Part shown: positions 48,690 to 64,000 of the stretch, piece by piece
Layout: each line of letters opens with the position of its first letter
Numbering within the stretch: the first letter of the stretch is position 1
Assembly (NCBI RefSeq): GCF_009914755.1
Contig: NC_060931.1
Direction: 5' to 3' (one strand)
Source of the DNA: the human T2T-CHM13v2.0 reference genome, Homo sapiens
DNA: 64,000 bases
The notes under the pieces: generated by a model
Database searches by the model: none
The model's input: the letters and a program-made list of their open reading frames with translations, nothing else
Told to the model about the DNA's origin: nothing
Program-made: the position numbers and the translations under genes

Positions 48690-49450
48690 ACGGAAGCGGC
48701 GGCAGGACCAGAGCTGAGTACAGCTCTTCCCAGACAGGACTCCACAACAGCACACAGAGCCAACCCCGAAGGGATCGGGCAGCAGGACATCATCTTTGGC
48801 TGCAGCACAGAAGACGCCGGGGCAGGACGCTAAGCCCTGGAGCCCCGCGGGCCGGCCACCCAGCTCGCCGGGAGTCCGCGGCCCTGGGTCTGCCTTCCGC
48901 CAGAGGCCGAGTTGGTGGGATGTCGGCGGCCAGACCCCGGCCCTGAGCCAGGGGACCACTTACCGCCCGCCCCGCGACGGCCGCCCGGGGAGACACGCCG
49001 GCTCGCCCACGCCCGCTGCCCCCAAGAGTCGCAAAGGTGTGGCCGCCCCGTTCGCCCGTACCGACCGGTGGGAAGAAACTCACCTACCCAACCGACACCT
49101 AAAATGCCAGGGACACGTAGCACTGGAGCTTGCTGATGGAGGCCCACCGGAACCGGAATCCGGGTTTCTGCCAACAGCCCGCCCACTCCTCCGTCCTATT
49201 GGTTCCTTACGCGAAACCTCAGTGCGCAAGCGCAGCGCGACGTGCGCCCGGCCACGCTTCCTGGAAGAGATGCATTGCGGAGCTCGCTAGTTGGGGCGTT
49301 GGCCTTCCTTAGGAGTGTGAGTCTAGCGTTATCCCTTTTTTCCGGCTGGATCCCGGGTTACCCCACCAGCCCGACCTCAACCCACTCACGTCCACAGCAC
49401 GAGCCCCAGCGGCCTTGCGCGGTGCTTGCTCTCTAGTAGCGGCTGACTAG
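48690..49450. promoter_or_regulatory. SEC61G: CpG island / SEC61G promoter, probably bidirectional
   Basis: High GC and CpG density. GC box near 49178, CCAAT on minus at 49198-49202, NRF1-like TGCGCAAGCGCA 49223-49234, GACGTG 49239-49244, TTCCTGGAA 49258-49266, ETS-like CCGGAA twice near 49147-49158. Confidence 0.9.
49084..49175 (-). other. SEC61G: SEC61G non-coding exon 1 (TSS approximate)
   Basis: Inside the CpG island; ends ...GTGTCGGTTGGGTAG|GTGAGT (consensus donor) and matches my recall of the SEC61G 5' UTR. Confidence 0.85.
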
Positions 49451-49763
49451 GTAAATCCTAAGTTGTGGTTTTTTTTCCTGCGGTCCAGCTTGATGTGTGT
49501 CCTTACGGTACATACTTTTTGTATGTATATAATGTTGGTCGAAATGAAGCTTATGAGCAATATAATGTTATGGCCTAATTCAAAATAGTATCCCCACCCC
49601 AAACTTTGACTTTGGCTGTCATTCACGGTAATGAATGCCGCTGTAATTGAGGCCTTTGTCAAACGCTAGGTTTGGTTACGGGAGTGGTCATAATGTACAC
49701 ACAGCTCCCCACTTACCCACAAGGATGCATTCCAGGAACCCCCCGCCGGATGGCTGAAACCGT

Positions 49764-49882
49764 CAGTAGAGACGGGGTTTCACCATATTGGCCAGGCTGG
49801 TCTTGAACTCCTGACCTCGCGATCCACCCGCCTCGGCCTCCCAAAGTGCTGGGATTACAGACGTGAGCCACCGCGCCCGGCC
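49764..49882 (-). mobile_element. Alu left-arm fragment abutting a Tigger-type MITE fragment (49700-49763)
   Basis: Antisense Alu 5' ~120 nt only; preceded by ...ttccaggaacccccc...ggatggctgaaaccg. Confidence 0.85.
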
Positions 49883-50702
49883 ATGTTTCCTTTTAGCAAT
49901 GGAGCATAACGGGATCTGAGGAACAATATAACTCAGGAAGAGCTGATGGAACATTAAGACGTGTTACAACTCTCAGTGCTTCTTAAACTTCTTCAGTAAC
50001 TGAAATCTCCTGTTAAGTTTTTTAGTAAATGAAATTTGTAACCCCAGAACCTCCAGATATTGATTCAGTGGGTCAGGGTTAGAGGTCACACACCTCCGTA
50101 TATCTGACTGTAGGTGGTCCATACACACTACACATACCTTGCCTTAGCTTTAAGAGTCACTTTTAAATTCTGAACAGACTGAGATGCGTTTGACTAGTTC
50201 TTCATCCCTGGGACTTCAGCCCATGTGTCATCTCCTTAGAGGCCTATAGTGACCATCTAAGGCAATCCTGTCTATCTCATGCTCTTTTTTCCTTTTTCAC
50301 AATACCTTCTTCATTTGCTGCATAGCATTTGTATTAACATTTATTTATTTATTCCTCGGTCTGTCTCCCTACACTGTAAATCCCCTTACTAGACCATAAG
50401 CTCCAAGTGGGTATAATATAGCATCTAGTAAAGTGCTAAACACAGTAAATGCTCAATAAATAATTTTCAAAAAAATAATTCATTCCAAAAAAACATAAAA
50501 TCACATGTTGGCAAGTTCACCCCAACCACCAAATGTCTGAGTTGACAGTATTTTCAGCAAAACACAGAAAATCAAGTAACACATACAGTGGTTCCCCTTA
50601 TCCAAGAAAATCTGGTTCAAAAAGAGATGTGTACCAGAAGGTAATCTGGGAGAGGCCACATTCAAATAACTTTCATTACAGTGTATTGTTATAATTGTCT
50701 AC

Positions 50703-50946
50703 TCACCTGATTTCGGGAGTTTGAGACCAGCCAGACCAACGTGGAGAAACCCCGTCTCCACTAAAAATACAAAAATTAGTCTGGAATGGTGTCGCATGCC
50801 TGTAACCCTAGCTACTCAGGAGGCTGAGGCAAGAGAATCCCTTGAACCCGGGAGGTGGAGGTTGCAGTGAGCTGAGGTCACACGACTGCACTCCAGCCTG
50901 GGCAACAGAGCAAGACTCCGTCTGTAAAAAAAAAAAAAAAAAAAAA
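50703..50946 (+). mobile_element. Alu, 5'-truncated
   Basis: TCACCTGA...poly-A, preceded by a MER44-like fragment at 50586-50700. Confidence 0.92.
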
Positions 50947-50949
50947 CAG

Positions 50950-52160
50950 GCTGATAACAGCAAATCTGTGCAAAAATACGTAACAATCAGAACTCTAGAA
51001 CTCTAATTCCTGGTTACTAGGAGTGTAAAATGGCATAACCCTTTTGGGAAAAGTTTAGTAGTTTATCATAATATGAAGCATATATACACCACCTATGGCT
51101 CCACAATTCCAATTCCAGGTACTTATTGAAGATATATGAAACTAAATTCACAGAAAGACTTGTACAGGAATGTTCGTAGTAACTTTATTGATAACAGAAC
51201 TAAAAGCAACAGGGTACCATCAATAGAATGAATAAACATACAGGTATAGTCCCACAACAGAATAGTACTCCATAGCTAAGGAAAGAAAACTCTCTGCCAC
51301 AACATTGATGAATGACAAACATGGTGAGTGAAACAAGCCTACGCTAAAGAAGGCACAGTGTGCAGTTCCATTTGCAAGAAATTTTAGACAAAGCAAAAAT
51401 AATGAATGGTGGAAAAAATCAGAACAGTGTTTGCCCGGGGCTACATATTGAGAAGGCGGGTGAGGGAACTGGGGAGTGAATGTAATGCTCTGTAATTTAA
51501 CAGGTCTTAGGGTTTCACAGGGGTCTTAGTCAACGTGGGCAGCTATAACAGAGTATCATAGAGTGGTGGCTTACACAACAAACATTTATTTCTCACAGTT
51601 CTGGAGACTGGAAGTCAGAGATAATGGTCAGGTTCTTGTGAAGGCTTTTACTGGTTTATAGATAGCTACTTTCTCATTGCATTCTCACATTGCGGGAGAT
51701 GGAGGAAGAGAGAAAGAAAGGACCAGCTCTCCTCCTGGTCGTAAGAACACTAATCCCAACATGGGGCTTCAGCCTCCTGACCTAATTACCTCCCAGAAGC
51801 CCCTCATCCAAATGCCATCACATTTGGGCTTCCACATATGAATTTGGAGGCGCACAAACATTCCATCCATAGCAGCAGGTCTGTGCCTTTTTCCTCAAAA
51901 AAAAAAAAAAAAAAAAAAAACCTCAACAAGTATTGAGCTCTAGTTAATTATACAATTGTCGATGCATTTAGGAGGGAAATGTACAGGTATCTACAACTTA
52001 TTTTGATTTTAAAAAGGGCAGGTTCATGGTTAGAGGAATAAACTGGTGATAATGCAAATACAACAAAATGTTAAATGTAGACTTAGTTGTGGTGTAAGAT
52101 GTTCATTGAATAATTCTTTCAATTTTTCTGTATGTTTAAAAATGTTTATAAGATGGAAAA
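50950..52160 (+). mobile_element. Old L1M 3' region with nested MLT1 LTR (~51523-51875)
   Basis: L1 3' UTR-like text; aacaaacatttatttctcacagttctggagactggaagtc is an MLT1 motif. Confidence 0.7.
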
Positions 52161-53139
52161 AAGTCAATATATAGATCACCAAATCAAGTTTTAAAAATTT
52201 TGACATAAATTGTACTGAGTGTAAATTGAATGTATATATAGCAGAAATTTTAAATTGCCCCTCAATTTAAAAATACATGAAATATTAATAATATCGTTTG
52301 AGATAAGCTGAATTAATATTCCATTTATATTCTTGAATCTCTGCCTGAAGCAAGAAAAAGTTTAAGAAGATCTATGGAGAACCAAGGACTCCATAGCAGC
52401 TTTTTGTTTTGTATTACTTCATTTAGGTATGATGACAAAGTGGAAAGAGCTGTATCTTTTTAAAAATGAAGCTGACACAGTGGTTGAAATTATGAAAGTG
52501 TCAACAGTTCCCCAGGAAAAATCAAAGACTGGACCTAGATTCAAACATAAAGAGTCTTTTAGACAGGAATATTTTAAGAGTTAAATGTGATGAGATCAAA
52601 TAAAGTTTTCTCCCCTCCTCAAACCCTTTTTGAAAAAACAAGGTTTTAAGTACTATAAAAAAAGTTACTCCATCTTATTTAGTTAAAAATGCAGTAACCA
52701 GAAGAGGGTGGTGAAGTTGACTCGAAAGATTTAGAGATCACAGAATTAGTTGCCAGTGACTCTATATTATCAATTACAGTAAACAGTTTCAATTGACTAC
52801 TTCCTCCTGAAACTCACTGTTCCCTTTACTTCATGATCATTTTCTTAAAACAAAAACAAAACCCTTTCTGAATCTGCCTAATGGACTTCTTTTCCTGCAT
52901 TGGCCTGTATTAGAGAAGTCTAACTGCTCCGACACACATAGCCACCCTCTGGGCTGGCCACGTGCTGATTTCTGCCCAGGCCAGTCTCCGCAGATCTGAT
53001 GCAGGGCTGTGTTCTTTCCACATAGTAAGTCTCCGCGGATCTGGCACAGGGTCGTGTTCTTTCCACACAGTCGTGCAGGGTTTCAGGCTCTCCAGGGTGC
53101 AGTGCTGCTACTGCATGTTAAGGTTCTTAGTATATTTCA

Positions 53140-54480
53140 GGAGAAAACAACCCAATTAAAAAATAAGCAAAAAGGCCGGGGGCGGTGGCTCACGCCTGTA
53201 ATCCCAGCACTTTGGGAGGCTGAGGCAGGGCAGATCACAAGGTCAGGAGATGGAGACCATCCTGGCTAACACGGTGAAACCCCGTCTCTACTAAAAATAC
53301 AAAAAATTAGCCGGGCATGGTGGCAGGTGCCTGTAGTCCCTGCTACTCGGGAGGCTGAGGCAGGAGAATGGTGTGAACCCGGGAGGCGGAGCTTGCAGTG
53401 AGCCGAGATCGTTTGCCACTGCACTCCAGCCTGGGCAACAGAGCGAGACTCCGTCTCAAAAAAAAAGAAATAAAAAATAAATAAGCAAAAGATCTGAACA
53501 GACATTGCATAAAAGAAGATACACAGATGGCAAATAATCATATGAAAAGGTACTCACCATTACCTGTCACCAGGAGATTGCAAACTAAAACAACAATGAG
53601 ATACTACTGCAAACCTATTTGAATGTCTAAAGTGCAAAATACTACATCAAGTGCTGGTAAGGATGTGGAGCAACAGGAAGTCTCCGTTGCTGGTAGGAAT
53701 GCCAGTGGTACAGCCACTGTGGAAGGCACATTGGCAGTTTCTTATAAAGCTAAACGTAGTCCATACTATCCAACAATTGCACTCCTCGGTATTTAAATAA
53801 CAGGAAGATTTATGCTCGCACAAAAACTTAACACACACGTTTATAGCGGCTTTATTCACAATTGTCAAGACTTGGAGGCAACCAAGATGTCATTCAGCAG
53901 ATGAATGAATAAACAAACTGTGATAAACCCAAACAATGGAATATGCTAAAAGGAAGTGAGCTCTCAAGCCGTGAAAAGACAAGCAGGAACCTCAGATTCA
54001 TACTGCTATGTAAAAGAACCAGTTGAAAAAATACACACTGTATGATTCCAACTAGGACATTCTGGAAAAGGCAAAACTATAGAGACAGTAAAAAGATCGG
54101 TGACTGCCAGGTCTTGATGGGGCTGAGGGAGGGTGAGAGAGAGGGAAGAATAGGTGGAGTCCACGGAATTTTTGGTGCAGGTGAAACCAGTCTGCGTGAT
54201 GTTACAGTGGTGGATGCATGCCATTATGCATTTGTCAAAGCCTGAAGAACTATACAGAGTGAACCCTAGTGTAAACCATGGACTGTAGTTAATAATAGTG
54301 TATCAATATTGGTTCATCAGTTGTAACAAATGTTCGCTAGTACTATATTAATAATAGGGAAAACTGTGCAGGGAGGATGTGTAAAAGGTTGTGGTACCTC
54401 TTTACTTTCTACTCAATGTTTCTGAAAAGCTAAAACTACCCTTAAAATAAAGTCTATTAGTAAAAATTAGAAATAAAATA
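53140..54480 (+). mobile_element. L1MB-like 3' region with nested AluY (53174-53480)
   Basis: acaacccaattaaaaa[Alu]taagcaaaagatctgaacagaca... through to an A-rich end; TSD aaataagcaaaa. Confidence 0.85.
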
Positions 54481-54481
54481 A

Positions 54482-54906
<425 letters not shown>

Positions 54907-55103
54907 TGAGAAGCCCAGTGCCTTTCCCAAGACAAAGCCATTGACAGAGTCCAGTTTGACCACAAACCTTGTTATAACACGTTGACTTATTTAAACAAGG
55001 TAAGGGGTTCTGGCTTCTTCACTACATCCCCTGGAGCTGTATGATGAATTATGACTTATGACGGCATGAAGTCACTTTTTTACATTATTTGAGATATGGA
55101 GGA

Positions 55104-56022
<919 letters not shown>

Positions 56023-57853
56023 TAGAAGGCACGCTTTCATTGCCTTTTTTCCCCTCCTGTTTCCTAAGAGAGATATTAACAGTTCAAGCGAGTATAATTT
56101 TTGGACGCACACAGAGTAATCTCATAGGAATATAAAAATCAGGACGTGTCCTGTCCTATTGCTGCAATGTAGAACTAATCTTTTAGGAAGAGAGCTTTGT
56201 GAGTACTCATGTGAGGGAAAGGGATCATAGTTTTGAAACTTCATTTTAATACTTATTGCTTAATCAGTTAAATTTTATTGTCAAGTGGTTTTCTTTAAGG
56301 AGCTTAAGGACACGGTTTTTCCTGAGTTTATGCGTACCTGAATATGCCTGTCTGTATACTTTAGTGATGTGGGTGCATATAAATTTGGGCATCACTTTCT
56401 TTTCTTTATAATCTAGTTGAAAGATAAATACTCCATTACATGCTAGCACTCAGTGTTTCAGAAGGGAAATCTGATGCTACCTCAGATTGTCCCATCCTTG
56501 TCCCCTTGATGTGATTAAAGGATTCTTTCTCTGCAACTGAGATTCAGTGACAAACAGGATCTCAATGAAAAGTGACATTCTATATCATTTTTTCCCAAGA
56601 CTGCTCGATTCTTACTTCAGGGAAATGTTGTGTTCTTGTAATATGTTTTCTGTTTGATCTGTTGGAGTATCTGTTTAAGGCAACTACCCTTTTGTTAGCT
56701 TTTCTTTGTTCTTTTTATATTTTCTTAATTGTCTTACCTTAATTACACCTGTGTACTCACCTTGGTCAGCTCAAGTTTTTTTATTTTTTTTTTTTTGCAC
56801 TTTATTAACTCCATTTTTAACTACTGTGTTTCTTGCTATTTTAAATTTATTTTGTGATGTCATTTTGGTTCTCAATTTTTTCTTTAGTGGGACCGTCTTC
56901 CATCCTGTTTCATTCTATTTTTAGGTTAGTTCACTGATTGAGAAGCGTTTTGCAGGACTCGTGCCCTGAGACCTTTCTGGTTGCAGAGAGTGGCCATGGA
57001 GGCCTCCTGTCTCCGAACTGCCTCCTCACCAGCCTCCTCATCTGGCTTCTGCATGCAACCGCCACCTCTCGATGTATTTATCTTTCAGTGGCATATTTGT
57101 ATAATTTAAATTTAGTAGATCCTTTAAAAAATGTATGTTATAAAAGTTTAAAACTCAAAACTGAAGAGAATATAATCTTGTCATGGCTTTTCTTGCACAT
57201 TCAGAGCAAGCGGCTCTGCCTTCCACCTTGCTCTCTGCTGTGTGGCCAGGCTTCTCTCAGTGCCCTTGGTACATTTCCGGAGTCCCCTGTGCCCGGTAGA
57301 ACTCTCGCCTGTAAGCTGTGCTTTGCTTGTGTTCACTTCAATGTAGACAGATGGCTAGGCCTCGTTCCAGCCGCTCCTTTGCAAAGGATATGGATTCTGT
57401 TTTCTCCTCAGAAGTGTGACCCAGGGCCCTATCCAGGGCACAGTGACAGTGGGGACAACCCCGGGTCTCAGGCTCTTCCTCCAGGGCCCCAGCTAGCGTC
57501 CCTCTGGCCCGTGCTCTGCATCTTGCTGGAGAGGTCTCTGCTCTTGGATTGTGTTTTGACTTTGCCTGAGCTTCCAGCTCAACCCCCTCAGACAACATTT
57601 CTCCAAAGCAGGAACGATTTGTGGAAATTCTCAACATTTTTTTCACTCTGTTTTGGGGGCCTAGGGTCCATGATAGGGAGCTATGCCAAGTCATGGCAGA
57701 GTGTTCTTTTTCTGTTTTCTTATTTCATTATGGTAGCATGAAGTTGTACACGTTTCTGTATTGGGTTCTTGCTCTTGCTCTTTTTGCTGCTGTCAATAAT
57801 TATTGTTGATTACATCAGATGTTGGAGGAGGTGAATTCTGGGTGCCTGTTTTA

Positions 57854-58129
<276 letters not shown>

Positions 58130-58826
58130 TCATGCCCTGCCATCTTGTGATCCTTTTAACTCAGGAGTCCTTTTTAACTGGAAAACACAGAGATGTCTCT
58201 ACTATTTCAAGAAGCTATTAGATATGTCCTGTTTTTCTATGCCATTCACTTCCCCTGAATTGCTCTGAGACCTACCCTGTGCTCGTTGGTGCAGTGGGAG
58301 TGATCTAACCTTTAAGGGGATAGCTGTTCCAGCCTACCGAGATGACCCCACTAAACACGGGGTAATGCTAGCCGGGAGAGAAACCAAAACAGTAGAAAAA
58401 TGAAGGAGCCAGCAGGTTTATTGTAAAGAGTTTAATTGCCTACTGTTACAGACAGAAATGGAAGCAAGTGAGGAAAATACATATAGATGCTTTTGAACCA
58501 AGTTTCCTAACTCCCAGGACAGACATTTTTTCCCCCATTTTATCTGTATGCTTTTCTGCCATCCCTTACTGGCCCCTGGATGGTTACTTTCTGTTTTTAG
58601 AAATGGGAAATTAATACCTAGTCCTCAGGTTAGTTCAGTTCAGTCTAAGAATTGAGTATCAATGAAGGACATAATTTATTCACTGTACAAAAGACCACCC
58701 AGCTACAATGCCCAGCTTCATCAGTTATAACTGGGATTAATTAAGTGGATTTTCATATCTCCTCCCTTTTTATTGTTCATAAAGCTTCCCACCTAAGACT
58801 GATAGTGCTGTCAACAGCTCTGTTGA

Positions 58827-59128
58827 GGCCAGGCACAGTGGCTCAGTTATCCCTGTTATCTCAGTGCTGTGGGAGGCCGAGGCAGGAGGATCAATTGAGG
58901 CCAGGAGTTTGAGACCAGCCTGGGCAACATAGTGAGACCCTGTCTCTACAAATAAAAATAAAACCTAGCAGGGCATGGTGACATGCTCCTGTGTCCTAGC
59001 TACTGAGGAGGTTGAAGTGGGAGGATCTCTCGGGCCCAGGAGTTGAAGGCTATAGTGAACTATGATTCTAGCCTGGGTGACAGAGCAAGGCCCTGTCTCT
59101 CTGTTAAAAAACAAAAACAAACAGAAAA
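58827..59128 (+). mobile_element. AluJ
   Basis: J-type diagnostics; TSD aacagctctgt. Confidence 0.92.
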
Positions 59129-59199
59129 CAGCTCTGTCCAAGGGGTTGGGAGATCCTCGATGAAGGAAGAGAAGATAATTGGTTGGGTCTGGAGTATAC

Positions 59200-63670
<4,471 letters not shown>

Positions 63671-64000
63671 TTTAAGAAGAGTTTATGTGTATTTTCTCCT
63701 GTTTGAGCTTTGAAAGAACATTCCAAAGCTCCTAAATGCTTTGGAATCCCAAAGCTCCAAAAATGTTTTCTATTAGAAAACATTTAGAAGTGCTCAAAGT
63801 AGCAAAAGATTTGCCTAGTTTTATCGGAAGTATGGAGAAAAGACACAAGATGGCGGTGTTACTCAGAGAAAGCAAAAGTGTATGGCGTCTTTCTCAATAA
63901 AGTCTCATTTCACCTGGCAGTTCTTCACGTCATTGACACGATTGTCCTCAGTACTTTCTTCTCCAGGTGCTTATGGGAGTCTTCTCTAATATACTTAATT

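Noticed and set aside
49198-49256. ERSE / ERSE-II element
   Set aside because: ATTGG and CCACG are both present, but not at N9 or N1 spacing.
48678-49436. Overlapping G/P/R-rich ORFs in the CpG island
   Set aside because: Expected from the scarcity of stop codons at high GC; no homology recognised.
56938-57741. Longest ORF in the track (267 aa)
   Set aside because: Starts at TTG, has no recognisable domain, is L/C/S-rich, and shows no clear exon signals; probably a chance ORF in decayed repeat sequence.
63846-63856. Perfect YY1 motif CAAGATGGCGG
   Set aside because: Isolated at the window edge, with no CpG island or other promoter context.

Overview
Primate, almost certainly human, genomic DNA: repeat-rich (about 30 Alus, plus L1, L2/MIR, MaLR/ERV and MER elements). 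One protein-coding gene, SEC61G, lies on the minus strand: non-coding exon 1 at about 49084-49175 in a CpG island, and coding exons 47421-47514, 45705-45807 and 42337-42346, giving 68 aa. This places the window at 7p11.2 near EGFR (from recall). Nearly all other entries in the ORF track are Alu, L1 or low-complexity artefacts. The most unusual structure is a ~7.8 kb foldback-like arrangement at about 1963-9770: a G/T-rich block and a degenerate (TGGACC)n array, then an ERVL LTR plus pol relic, then the reverse-complement (GGTCCA)n array and a C/A-rich block, with alignable inverted homology between the outer blocks. Repeat subfamily names are from memory of consensus sequences, and repeat boundaries are approximate.
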